Source: Lentimicrobium sp.
GTDB taxonomy: Bacteria > Bacteroidota > Bacteroidia > Bacteroidales > Lentimicrobiaceae
Reading direction: 5' to 3'
Assembly: GCA_034005265.1 (NCBI GenBank)
Contig: JAVEVB010000034.1
Location: forward strand, 1 to 32,000
Length of the DNA stretch: 32,000 nt
How positions within the stretch are numbered: the stretch's first letter is position 1; every line of letters starts with the position of its first letter. Position numbers and translations under genes: made by a program. Shown here piece after piece: positions 8,852 through 17,565 of this stretch. The notes beneath the pieces are model-generated. The model was given only the letters and a program-made list of their open reading frames with translations. It was not told the origin of the DNA and did no database searches.

Positions 8852-10039
8852 ATGAAGCTATCCAAAATTCAACGCATTGCGCTCTACATCTTTTTATTTT
8901 CCATCAATTTTGAAGTATGGGCTCCATCTGGTATAGCTCTTTCTACTTCAAAAATTACAGGACTAATCTATTTTGCTACTATTCTTCCGAATTATAAATA
9001 TTTTTTCAAAGCAGGGTACATCAGACATTTATTAACGCCCATGTGGTTATTGTTTGGACTACTAACCGTTGTTAGTCTTATCAATATAAATTCAGTGAGC
9101 TACTCATTCTTCGATTTTTCATTATTTCAAAACATGTTGCTATTTTGGTTATTGCTTAATCATGAAAGAAAAGACCCTGGCATATTGGCTAAAGGTATGC
9201 TGGCTTTCGCCATGGGTTCTATTGTTCTTGCTGCTTTGTATTACTTTAAAATAGGCATTGCATATGAAGGAGGCCGGGTAACCATATTTGGAGACAATGC
9301 CAATACTGTTGGCATAAGAATGAGCGTATCAATCTTTATTTTAGCATTATATATTTTAAAAAACAGTATAGGAATGGGGAAATTTCGCTACTTACTTATT
9401 GTTCCCATATTTCCTATGGTTATGCTACTGGCTGAAACAGGTTCCAGGGTAGCATTTATCGCTTTTGTTCTACAATTTATTGTGATAGTTTTATTCAATA
9501 AATCAGGACGATTCAGTTTGAAATTATTTTTAATAATTGCCGGCTCAATAATTGGATATTTCACCTGGACCTATTTTATGGAAATAGATGTTTTACGAAT
9601 CCGACTTACCCAATCATTACAAGACCGTGACCTTGCAGGACGAGACCTCATATGGTCCAAGGTAATCCAAGTAATAAAGAGTTCTCCAATTTTTGGTGTA
9701 GGAAAGACTGGTTATGCCTCATACATGAGTGATGCTTACGGTTCAGTTTCCAGTCCACACAATGTAATCCTTGAGATATTAGCTTACACCGGCTTAATTG
9801 GCTTGTATTTATATTTAAATTTCTTGTTTAAGATTATTCGCATTGCCTATGCAAGCTTTAAAATTAACAAGGATTTATTGCCATTGCTTTTATTTATCCC
9901 ATTTTTGGGTTTAATGTTTAGCGGTCAACTTTTGGTAGTTAAGATTGGATGGGTTATTCTTGCCTTTGCTGGATCAAAAATATTTTCAACACATCCTATG
10001 TATATAAAAAGAAATGAAAATCCTCTGCGTAATAGATAG
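8852..10039 (+). CDS. wzy: O-antigen polymerase / O-antigen ligase-like membrane protein (Wzy family)
   Basis: There are about 10 predicted TM segments and a periplasmic loop with SPHNVILEILAYTGLIG, typical of the Wzy_C family. Confidence 0.75.
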   Translation: MKLSKIQRIALYIFLFSINFEVWAPSGIALSTSKITGLIYFATILPNYKYFFKAGYIRHLLTPMWLLFGLLTVVSLININSVSYSFFDFSLFQNMLLFWLLLNHERKDPGILAKGMLAFAMGSIVLAALYYFKIGIAYEGGRVTIFGDNANTVGIRMSVSIFILALYILKNSIGMGKFRYLLIVPIFPMVMLLAETGSRVAFIAFVLQFIVIVLFNKSGRFSLKLFLIIAGSIIGYFTWTYFMEIDVLRIRLTQSLQDRDLAGRDLIWSKVIQVIKSSPIFGVGKTGYASYMSDAYGSVSSPHNVILEILAYTGLIGLYLYLNFLFKIIRIAYASFKINKDLLPLLLFIPFLGLMFSGQLLVVKIGWVILAFAGSKIFSTHPMYIKRNENPLRNR

Positions 10040-11099
10040 TCTAGGTTCAGGTGGTGCACAGCGGCAATTGGTGAACCTTGCAGTTGGCTTCAAAGAAAAA
10101 GGGCACGATGTTTCTTTTTTGGTTTACCATAGCATCAACTTTTTTAAAAGTTCATTGGTTGAACATGAGATACCTGTTAAAGAAATCATAGAGCCCAACT
10201 ACCTGAAACGTTTGTTTAAAATGCGACGGTTTATTCGCAGGGGTAAATATGATTCTGTATTTTCATTCCTTGAAGCATCCAATTTTATATGCGAAATCTC
10301 GGGATTACCTTGGCGCAAATGGAAATTGGTTGTAGGGGAACGGAGTGCAAATCCGGCAATCTTAAAAACTTTTAAACTTCGTGCATTTCGCTGGTTTCAT
10401 GTTTTTGCAGATTATATAGTAGCCAATTCGTACGAAAACCTCAAAATAGTGCAAAAAATTAACCCTTTGCTTTCTTCCAGGAAGTGTCATGTTATTTATA
10501 ATATTGTTGACTTTGAAAAGTGGCAAATCATTTCACAATCCAAACACTATGAAAACAGTGAATTCAGAATAGTCGTAGCAGCAAGTCACCGTTATTTGAA
10601 AAACCTGAGTGGATTGGTTGAAGCAGTGAATTTACTTCCACCACAGAAAAAAAACCGATTAAGAATTGATTGGTATGGGAACAATACACACGATACCTCA
10701 AGAATAGAAGTACAAAAGAAAATTAAAGAATATAAGTTAAAAGACGTTTTCACCTTCTTAGAACCTATTCTGTCGATACAACAAAAAATGCAAGAGGCCG
10801 ATGCAGTAGGTTTGTTCAGTTTTTATGAAGGCTTGCCAAATGTTATATGTGAGGCAATGGCTATAGGTAAACCTATCATTGCAACGGCAGTCTCTGATAT
10901 TCCGCTTTTAATATCCAATAAAAATTTGTTGTCAAATCCCCATGATCCATCTTCTATTTCTCAGAGTTTAAAATATTTATTAACTATGAAAAGCGACGAA
11001 TTAATTAATGAAGGAAGAATCAATCAAGAAATCGCTTTACATATTTTTAATAAGGAAACTATATGCGAATTATACTTAAGCCTCCTAACACATGTCTAA
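10014..11099 (+). CDS. Family 4 (GT-B) glycosyltransferase
   Basis: MKILCVIDSLGSGGAQRQLVNLA and the EGLPNVICEAMAIGKPIIAT (E-x7-E region) are present. It overlaps wzy by 26 nt. Confidence 0.85.
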   Translation: MKILCVIDSLGSGGAQRQLVNLAVGFKEKGHDVSFLVYHSINFFKSSLVEHEIPVKEIIEPNYLKRLFKMRRFIRRGKYDSVFSFLEASNFICEISGLPWRKWKLVVGERSANPAILKTFKLRAFRWFHVFADYIVANSYENLKIVQKINPLLSSRKCHVIYNIVDFEKWQIISQSKHYENSEFRIVVAASHRYLKNLSGLVEAVNLLPPQKKNRLRIDWYGNNTHDTSRIEVQKKIKEYKLKDVFTFLEPILSIQQKMQEADAVGLFSFYEGLPNVICEAMAIGKPIIATAVSDIPLLISNKNLLSNPHDPSSISQSLKYLLTMKSDELINEGRINQEIALHIFNKETICELYLSLLTHV

Positions 11100-11577
11100 C
11101 ATCAGAGTAAGATTATATAAAGGCAATTTCAAGGGATTGTTCTTCATCTGTTTTTTTAGGATTTCTAACTTCTTTACAGTGAATATGTTTAGAAGAATAA
11201 TAGGACTCCCTATACGATTATTTTATAAGCTATTTGTTAATTGGCTGTTGGGAATTGATATTTCAGACACAACCCAAATTGGTAAAAACCTTATTGTCTG
11301 GCATGGTATAGGCCTTATAGTACACCCTAAGACAATAATTGGGGATAACGTTGTACTGAGACACAACACAACAATAGGTAGTTCTAAGCATAATGGAGGT
11401 GCTCCGATACTTTGTAATGGTTGTGATATAGGCTCAAATAGTGTTATTCTTGGTGAAATAATTGTGGGAGAAAATTCTAAAATTGGAGCTGGATCTGTTG
11501 TAACTAAAAGTGTGCCACCCTATTCAGTTGTTGTCGGAAATCCTGGTAAAGTTATTAAATATTTGAGAAATGACTAA
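11092..11577 (+). CDS. Hexapeptide-repeat (LbH) O-acetyltransferase, serine-acetyltransferase-like
   Basis: Left-handed beta-helix repeats are seen (IGDNVVLRHNTTIG, IGSNSVILGEIIVGENSKIGAGSVV). It has an ATGTCTAA start/stop overlap with the upstream gene. Confidence 0.8.
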   Translation: MSNIRVRLYKGNFKGLFFICFFRISNFFTVNMFRRIIGLPIRLFYKLFVNWLLGIDISDTTQIGKNLIVWHGIGLIVHPKTIIGDNVVLRHNTTIGSSKHNGGAPILCNGCDIGSNSVILGEIIVGENSKIGAGSVVTKSVPPYSVVVGNPGKVIKYLRND

Positions 11578-12670
11578 GGTATTATTAGTAGCACCACTAA
11601 ATGACAAAGGAAATGGTGGCATTCTATCATGGACAAGGAGATTTGTCAAGACCTTCCATTCAGAAGATTTTGAAATCGTTCCAATAAAGTCATCTTCGAG
11701 AAGTAGCAATAATGCTATCAATCCGTTATTTATTAAACGGCTTATTAATGGGTTGTTAGATTTGAGAGATACTCGTAAAAATTTGATTAATGCCATAAAA
11801 CAAGATGAAATCCATATTATGCACATAACTACCAGTGGCGGTTTAGGCACCTTTAGGGATTATGTGCTTGCAAAAGTATGCAAGAGAAAGGGTATAAGAA
11901 CTATTATGCACTGCCATTACGGTAGTATGACTGAGAGCCTTAAGAGAAATGATATTTTGGGGTATTTTCTTTCTAGAACTTTAAAATTGTATGACCACAT
12001 TTGGGTTTTGGATATGAGAACATTAACAACCTTAAAATCAATTCATGAGCTAAGGGACAAAGCCTTTCTGACTCCTAATTCTATTGAAGTTCACAAGGAA
12101 TTTGACACTAATTTAAAAAGTTTTACAAAAATAGCTTTTATTGGAAATCTTGTCCCATCCAAAGGCTTATTTGAATTAGTTGAGGCTATAACAAAAGTAA
12201 AGTACAATATTGAATTAACTATAATCGGACCAGGCACAAAAAAAGTAATAGATAGAATTAAAGAAATTGCAGGAGAGTATATTAATAAGCGTATTAAAAT
12301 TATGGGGGTTATGCCCAATAATGAAGCAGTAAGTTTTTTGAATTCTGTTGATATACTAGCTCTGCCAACTTATTATCCAGCTGAAGCTTTCCCAATGTCA
12401 ATTCTTGAAGCAATGAGTTTAGGAAAGTTGGTAATTTCAACACCTCGTGCGGCAATTCAAGATATGCTTACTTTATTGAATGGTGATACATGTGGAATTC
12501 TAGTCCGAGAAAAATCAGTTGATGACATTGTTATTGCAATTGAATGGTGTATCACAAACCCAAGGGATGCCAATAATATTTGTGAAAAAGCATACAAGAA
12601 AGTATATGAAACCTATCGAACAGATATTGTATATAAACTTTATGAAGAAAATTATAGAAAGTTAATTTAA
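11570..12670 (+). CDS. Family 4 glycosyltransferase
   Basis: The PAEAFPMSILEAMSLGKLVISTP motif is present. It has an ATGACTAA start/stop overlap with the upstream gene. Confidence 0.8.
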   Translation: MTKVLLVAPLNDKGNGGILSWTRRFVKTFHSEDFEIVPIKSSSRSSNNAINPLFIKRLINGLLDLRDTRKNLINAIKQDEIHIMHITTSGGLGTFRDYVLAKVCKRKGIRTIMHCHYGSMTESLKRNDILGYFLSRTLKLYDHIWVLDMRTLTTLKSIHELRDKAFLTPNSIEVHKEFDTNLKSFTKIAFIGNLVPSKGLFELVEAITKVKYNIELTIIGPGTKKVIDRIKEIAGEYINKRIKIMGVMPNNEAVSFLNSVDILALPTYYPAEAFPMSILEAMSLGKLVISTPRAAIQDMLTLLNGDTCGILVREKSVDDIVIAIEWCITNPRDANNICEKAYKKVYETYRTDIVYKLYEENYRKLI

Positions 12671-12701
12671 AATGGCATGATGCTTTTCAGTATGCAAAAC
12701 C

Positions 12702-12709
12702 TATATTTG
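12702..12709 (+). promoter_or_regulatory. Candidate Bacteroidota -7 promoter element (TATATTTG = TAnnTTTG)
   Basis: It is an exact match to TAnnTTTG in the 107-bp gap where G+C content switches. Confidence 0.25.
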
Positions 12710-12756
12710 TTTGTCGTATCGGCCATACTATTCTATGAATATATATACTTGAATAT

Positions 12757-12764
12757 TATATTTG
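12757..12764 (+). promoter_or_regulatory. Candidate Bacteroidota -7 promoter element (TATATTTG)
   Basis: This second exact TAnnTTTG match ends 13 nt before the ATG at 12778. Confidence 0.3.
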
Positions 12765-12777
12765 TAATTGACTAAAC

Positions 12778-13986
12778 ATGAACATCCTCTTTCTCACCAT
12801 CTCCAATATCACCGACATCAATGAGCGCGGCATCTATACCGATCTGATGCGGCAGTTCAGGGATAAGGGGCATAAGGTGTATATTGTATCACCCACAGAG
12901 CGCAGGTATAAGCAACCCACAGCCCTGCGGCAGCAGGATGGAATCAGCCTGCTTAAAGTTAAGACGCTGAACCTGCAAAAGACCCATGTTGTAGAAAAGG
13001 GAATGGGTACCATTTTGTTGGAAAATAAATATTTAGCAGCAATAAAGAAGAATTTAAGTAAAGCAAAATTTGATTTGATTTTATATTCTACTCCGCCCAT
13101 TACCTTTGAGAAAGTAATCAGGTATATAAAGTCCCGGGACCATGCCTTTGCCTACCTGCTACTAAAAGATATTTTCCCTCAAAACGCGGTTGACCTGAAT
13201 ATGCTCAGTAAAGGCGGCCTTTTGCACCGTTATTTCCGGAAAAAGGAAAAAGCACTCTATGCCGCTTCGGATATTATCGGCTGTATGTCGCCTGCCAATG
13301 TGGAATATGTATGCAGGCACAATGCTGAAGTTATGCCTTCGAAAGTTGAAGTATGCCCCAACAGCATTACCCTTTCCAATGAAGCCGTTCTCACAGCAAC
13401 AGAACGCTTGTCCATAAGGTCGAAACACCAGCTGCCACCGGAAGATACCCTCTTTATTTATGGCGGCAATCTGGGCAAACCACAGGGTTTAGGCTTCCTG
13501 ATTGAGGTGCTGGAAGCGAACAAAAACCGAAAGGGAGCATATTTTGTTGTGGTGGGTTCGGGCACTGAGTTTCCCATGCTTCAAAAGTGGTTTGAAACAA
13601 ACAACCCAGCCAATGCCTTATTGTTAAAAGGCCTGCCCAAAGCCGAATACGATGATTTGGTCAAAGCCTGTGATGTAGGATTAATTTTACTCGACAGCAA
13701 ATTTACCATTCCCAATTACCCTTCCAGGCTACTTTCATATCTCGAAAACCGAATGCCGGTAATAGCAGCCACCGATATCAATACAGATATTGGGGCGATA
13801 GCAGAAGAAAATGGGTATGGGCTTAAATGCCTTTCAGGTGATATTAAAGCAATGAAAAAACATGTTCAGTTTTGTTGCGAAAATAAAGGGAGGATTGAAG
13901 AAATGGGGCAAAACGGGTATGATTTTCTTATAACAAATTATACGGTGCAGCATTCGTATGATATTATAATAAAGCATTTTATGTAG
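12778..13986 (+). CDS. Family 4 glycosyltransferase, WbuB-like (possible L-FucNAc-type transferase)
   Basis: MNILFLTISNITDINERGIYTDLMRQFRDKGHKVYIVSP resembles, from memory, GT4 enzymes that commonly follow fnlC. This is unverified. Confidence 0.8.
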   Translation: MNILFLTISNITDINERGIYTDLMRQFRDKGHKVYIVSPTERRYKQPTALRQQDGISLLKVKTLNLQKTHVVEKGMGTILLENKYLAAIKKNLSKAKFDLILYSTPPITFEKVIRYIKSRDHAFAYLLLKDIFPQNAVDLNMLSKGGLLHRYFRKKEKALYAASDIIGCMSPANVEYVCRHNAEVMPSKVEVCPNSITLSNEAVLTATERLSIRSKHQLPPEDTLFIYGGNLGKPQGLGFLIEVLEANKNRKGAYFVVVGSGTEFPMLQKWFETNNPANALLLKGLPKAEYDDLVKACDVGLILLDSKFTIPNYPSRLLSYLENRMPVIAATDINTDIGAIAEENGYGLKCLSGDIKAMKKHVQFCCENKGRIEEMGQNGYDFLITNYTVQHSYDIIIKHFM

Positions 13987-13997
13987 GTCGTAAATAA

Positions 13998-14422
13998 GGT
14001 TCACGCTGCGCCCGCCGCGAAAGAGTTCACGCTGCGCCCGCTGCGAAAAGGTTCACGCCACGCCCGCTGCGAGAAACAAAAGTTCACGCCACGCTCGCCG
14101 CGAGAAACAATACGCCGCGCCCGCCGCGAGAAACAATACGCCGCGTTCGCCGCGAGAAACAACACGCCGCGCCCGTTGCGAGAAACAATACGCTGCGCCC
14201 GCTGCGAGAAACAATACGCCACGTTCGCCGCGAGAAACAACACGCTGCGCCCGCCGCGAGAAACAACACGCTGCGCCCGTTGCGAGAAACAATACGCTGC
14301 GCCCGCTGCGAGAAACAATACGCTGCGCCCGCTGCGAGAAACAACACGCCACGTTCGCCGCGAGAAACAACACGCTGCGCCCGCCGCGAGAAACAATACG
14401 CCACGTCCACCGCGAGAAACAA
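13998..14422 (+). repeat. Tandem 26-nt array, consensus YACGCYRCGYYCGYYGCGAGAAACAA: 4 irregular GTTCACGC-type units followed by 12 perfectly phased units (14111-14422)
   Basis: Direct reading shows contiguous units with no spacers. The array ends 7 nt before the GxxExxY ATG. Confidence 0.97.
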
Positions 14423-14429
14423 ATCATCT

Positions 14430-14816
14430 ATGGAAAACAAACCCGAAAACACCATCGCCACCGCCATCCTTGATCAGGCATTTAAAATTCACACCGAATT
14501 AGGCCCCGGATTGCTTGAATCTGTTTACGAGCGTTGTCTTCAGTACGAACTCATCGAAGCAGGGTACACAGCTCAGACGCAACTCCCTGTTCCAATGAAT
14601 TACAAATCCATACGTTTTGAAGCCGGATTTCGTATTGATCTTTTGGTAAATGATATGGTACTGGTCGAGATTAAATCGGTAGAAACATTGGCACCGGTTC
14701 ATTTTGCACAAACGCTTACCTATTTGAAGATGAAAAACATCAAACTGGGATTGTTAATCAATTTCAATGTTAAATATCTGAAGAATGGCATTCATCGGGT
14801 AGCTAATAATTTATAA
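14430..14816 (+). CDS. GxxExxY protein (PD-(D/E)XK nuclease-like fold)
   Basis: ENTIATAILDQAFKIHTELGPGLLESVYERCLQYEL carries the G-L-L-E-S-V-Y signature, and LLVNDMVLVEIKSV carries the D..E.K-like motif. I chose the ATG at 14430 because the longer ORF runs into the repeat. Confidence 0.9.
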   Translation: MENKPENTIATAILDQAFKIHTELGPGLLESVYERCLQYELIEAGYTAQTQLPVPMNYKSIRFEAGFRIDLLVNDMVLVEIKSVETLAPVHFAQTLTYLKMKNIKLGLLINFNVKYLKNGIHRVANNL

Positions 14817-14821
14817 CTAAA

Positions 14822-14962
14822 CGGTTCACGCTTCGCTCGCCGCGAGAAAGGTTCACGCCGCGTTCGCTGCGAGAAAAGTTCACGCCGCGCTCGCCGCGAG
14901 AAAAAAAAGTTCACGCTGTACCCGCCGCGAGAAACAATACGCCGCGTTCGCCGCGAGAAACA
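14822..14962 (+). repeat. Second array of the same 26-nt family (5 units)
   Basis: It has the same 5'-to-3' polarity as the upstream array, with GTTCACGC-type units first and TACGC...GAGAAACAA units last. Confidence 0.9.
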
Positions 14963-14990
14963 ACAACCTACTCAATTTTTCACCCACCCA

Positions 14991-15593
14991 ATGTACACAT
15001 CCTTCTTAAAGCCAGCTATTGATCTATCATTAAGCCTGATTGCTTTACTGCTACTTTCACCCGTATTGGTCATAATTACCCTTTTACTTTTTTTCGCCAA
15101 CACCGGTCGCCCGTTCTTTTCCCAAACCCGCCCCGGAAAAAACGCCCGGCTATTTAAGGTCATCAAGTTTAAAACCATGAACGACCACCGCGATGCTGCC
15201 GGCAAGCTACTGCCCGATGCGCAACGCCTCACCCCTGTTGGAAAGTTTGTGCGTAAAACCTCATTGGATGAACTACCGCAACTGCTGAATGTGCTGAAGG
15301 GTGATATGAGCCTGATAGGGCCACGGCCTTTACTGGTGGAGTACCTGCCACTTTACAACGAAAAACAGGCGCGCCGCCATGAAGTAAAACCCGGCATCAC
15401 CGGCTGGGCACAGGTGAATGGCCGCAATGCCATCAGCTGGGAACAAAAGTTTGAATACGATGTTTGGTATGTGGATCATTGCACGTTTTCAATGGATATT
15501 AAAATCCTTTTAAAGACCATTGAAAAGGTGTTTAAAGGAGAAGGAATCAACCAACAGGGGCAGGCAACAGCGGAAGCATTTAAAGGAAATTAA
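14991..15593 (+). CDS. Undecaprenyl-phosphate sugar phosphotransferase, small monotopic PglC/EpsL type
   Basis: The 200-aa protein has one N-terminal hydrophobic helix plus FKVIKFKTM, DELPQLLNVLKGDMSLIGPRP and KPGITGWAQVNGRN (Bac_transf signature). Confidence 0.9.
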   Translation: MYTSFLKPAIDLSLSLIALLLLSPVLVIITLLLFFANTGRPFFSQTRPGKNARLFKVIKFKTMNDHRDAAGKLLPDAQRLTPVGKFVRKTSLDELPQLLNVLKGDMSLIGPRPLLVEYLPLYNEKQARRHEVKPGITGWAQVNGRNAISWEQKFEYDVWYVDHCTFSMDIKILLKTIEKVFKGEGINQQGQATAEAFKGN

Positions 15594-15596
15594 TTG

Positions 15597-16214
15597 ATGA
15601 AAACAAACGACAAAATATGGATTTACGGAGCCAGCGGACATGGTAAAGTTATTTTAGATTGTCTCATGGCAGCCGATATCAAGGTGAGTGGCTTTATTGA
15701 TGATAAGTCAAAAACAATAATTGTTGGCTATCCGGTTACAAACGATTCATCCATTGATCCAATCAAGGACCAGGTAATTATTGGTATTGGCAACAATAAA
15801 ACCAGAAAACGCCTGTCGGAAATAAACAATTTCCACTACCTGAAAGTAATACATCCATCAGCACTACTGTCCAATTATGCAGAGATCGGTGAAGGTTCTG
15901 TGGTATTTCACCATTGCGTAATTCAAACGGGAACAACAATTGGCAAACATTGTATCATCAACACCTCAGCTTCTATAGATCACGATTGTATTGTAGAAGA
16001 TTTTGCGCACGTTTCACCCAAGGTAACCCTATGCGGCAATGTTAAGGTTGGTGAAGGAACGCATGTTGGTGCGGGGGCAGTTATCATTCCAGGTATTAAG
16101 ATCGGGAAATGGGCTACCATTGGCGCCGGGGCAGTAATCATTGAAGATGTACCGGATTATGCGGTTGTTGTAGGCAATCCCGGAAGAATCATCAAACTGA
16201 ACGATCCTTTGTAA
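15597..16214 (+). CDS. PglD/NeuD/EpsM-family sugar N-acetyltransferase
   Basis: An N-terminal Rossmann-like IWIYGASGHGKVILDCL segment is followed by a C-terminal hexapeptide helix ending VVVGNPGRII. Confidence 0.85.
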   Translation: MKTNDKIWIYGASGHGKVILDCLMAADIKVSGFIDDKSKTIIVGYPVTNDSSIDPIKDQVIIGIGNNKTRKRLSEINNFHYLKVIHPSALLSNYAEIGEGSVVFHHCVIQTGTTIGKHCIINTSASIDHDCIVEDFAHVSPKVTLCGNVKVGEGTHVGAGAVIIPGIKIGKWATIGAGAVIIEDVPDYAVVVGNPGRIIKLNDPL

Positions 16215-16222
16215 GCACTCAA

Positions 16223-16864
16223 ATGGGTAGGATGAACAACAAACGCAAGTATCTGATCGCGGGCCTCTTGTCCGCATTTTTTATTTTTGGCATACTGTCG
16301 TTGCGGCAGGCGGGCAACTGGCTGGTTGTTTCCGATAAACCCATTCACGCCGATGCCCTGCTGGTGCTGATGGGTGGTGTGGAGGAACGTATTCCCCAGG
16401 CCATTGATTTGTACAAGGCGGGCTATGCGCCCCTGCTTCTTTTCCCGGACGATTATGAAGAAAACCCGCCCCTTATCCTGCCCAATGGCACAAAACTATC
16501 CAACGATGCCGCCAAAAGCAGGCACCTCAGCCGGCAGTATGGCGTACCCGACTCAGCCATCCGCATTGTTCAGGGGCCGGCATTGAATACACAGGCCGAA
16601 GCAGAGCTTATGGCAGGTTACCTTGAAGGTCATCCGGAAACGGATACCCTTATCCTGGTCAGTTCCTCCTACCATATGCGGAGGGCAAGCTTCATTTTCC
16701 GGAATGAATTTGCCTCAAAAGGGCTTGAAATTACCCTGATCAGCGTACCTTCGCGCTACAGCACGTTTAAGCCGGATAAATGGTGGAGATCAGGCACTTC
16801 ACGCAACATTGTTTTCTACGAATATTTAAAAATGGCTTATAACTTACTGTGGGACAGGTGGTGA
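16223..16864 (+). CDS. DUF218 / YdcF (ElyC-SanA-like) family membrane-anchored protein
   Basis: It has an N-terminal TM segment, LLVLMGG...AIDLYKAGYAP and LILVSSSYHMRRA. Confidence 0.75.
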   Translation: MGRMNNKRKYLIAGLLSAFFIFGILSLRQAGNWLVVSDKPIHADALLVLMGGVEERIPQAIDLYKAGYAPLLLFPDDYEENPPLILPNGTKLSNDAAKSRHLSRQYGVPDSAIRIVQGPALNTQAEAELMAGYLEGHPETDTLILVSSSYHMRRASFIFRNEFASKGLEITLISVPSRYSTFKPDKWWRSGTSRNIVFYEYLKMAYNLLWDRW

Positions 16865-16868
16865 AAAT

Positions 16869-16976
16869 GGTCTTTGGTCTTTGGTCTTTGGGGCGGAGGT
16901 GGTTGATGTTAGTTTTTCCCAGGATTTGTATAGCGATCTTAAGGCTTAAAGAGTCTTTAGTCTTTGGTCTTTGGGG
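16869..16976 (+). repeat. Two blocks of GGTCTTT heptamers (16869-16893, 16951-16976), each followed by GGGGCGG(A)GGTGGTTG
   Basis: Direct reading shows these are the reverse complement of the AAAGACC blocks downstream. Confidence 0.9.
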
Positions 16977-17071
16977 CGGTGGTTGGCAATTTGAGCCTCA
17001 GCCCAGGAAATAAACTTATTAACTTTTAGTTATGAAAGTTTTTTTAAAGCTTAATCTTCGTTCTAAAACAA

Positions 17072-17170
17072 CCAAAGACTAAAGACCAAAGACCAACACC
17101 CAAAGACCAAAGACTAGAACCACAACAAATGTTAGTTCTAACTTCTCATCATAAAACAACAACACCCAAA
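17072..17170 (+). repeat. AAAGACC/AAAGACT heptamer block (17072-17115) followed by copy 1 of a 53-bp direct repeat (17118-17170)
   Basis: The direct repeat aaccacaacaaatgttagttctaacttctcatcataaaacaacaacacccaaa recurs at 17641-17693 with one mismatch. Confidence 0.9.
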
Positions 17171-17180
17171 ACCCAACCCC

Positions 17181-17534
17181 ATGCGCGACTTCCGAAAACT
17201 AACCGTCTGGCAGAAATCAATAGAATTTGCAAAAGACATCTACCTTATTACAAAACAATTTCCGGACAAAGAGAGGTATGGACTGTGCAGTCAGTTACAA
17301 CGTGCAGCGGTCTCCATTCCATCCAATATAGCAGAAGGATCTGCCAGAAGAACATCAAATGATTTTGCACGTTTTCTGGATATTGCTTTAGGCTCAGCGT
17401 TTGAAGTGGAAACTCAACTAACCATTGCCCATCAAATAGCTTACCTGGATAGTGAAACCTTTCAAAAATTACTGGGAGAGCTTACTATCCTTCAAAAGCA
17501 AATCAATATGTTGCGAACAAAAATTCTTGACTAG
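17181..17534 (+). CDS. Four-helix-bundle protein ('23S rRNA intervening sequence protein' family)
   Basis: MRDFRKLTVWQKSIEFAKDIY...GLCSQLQRAAVSIPSNIAEGSAR...FLDIALGSAFEVETQL is the classic signature of this family. Confidence 0.9.
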   Translation: MRDFRKLTVWQKSIEFAKDIYLITKQFPDKERYGLCSQLQRAAVSIPSNIAEGSARRTSNDFARFLDIALGSAFEVETQLTIAHQIAYLDSETFQKLLGELTILQKQINMLRTKILD

Positions 17535-17565
17535 CTTATTATTTTAAAAAACGAGAAGAACAGCT

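Noticed and set aside
14280-14429. Longer 178-aa version of the GxxExxY ORF
   Set aside because: The first 50 codons are repeat-encoded. The family is about 125 aa, and the conserved N-terminus begins right after the ATG at 14430.
14001-14502. Four long overlapping ORFs on both strands (131, 124, 127 and 108 aa) rich in Arg/Ala/Cys
   Set aside because: They lie wholly in the 26-nt tandem array. The unit lacks stop codons in most frames and 26 is not a multiple of 3, so every frame stays open. The periodic low-complexity translations are repeat artefacts.
13998-14962. Possible CRISPR array
   Set aside because: The units are contiguous with no unique spacers, the period is only 26 nt, and no cas genes or leader are present. 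It is a plain tandem repeat.
17129-17362. 77-aa ORF overlapping the start of the four-helix-bundle gene
   Set aside because: It is out of frame with a clearly recognisable family member, and its N-terminus is encoded by the direct repeat.
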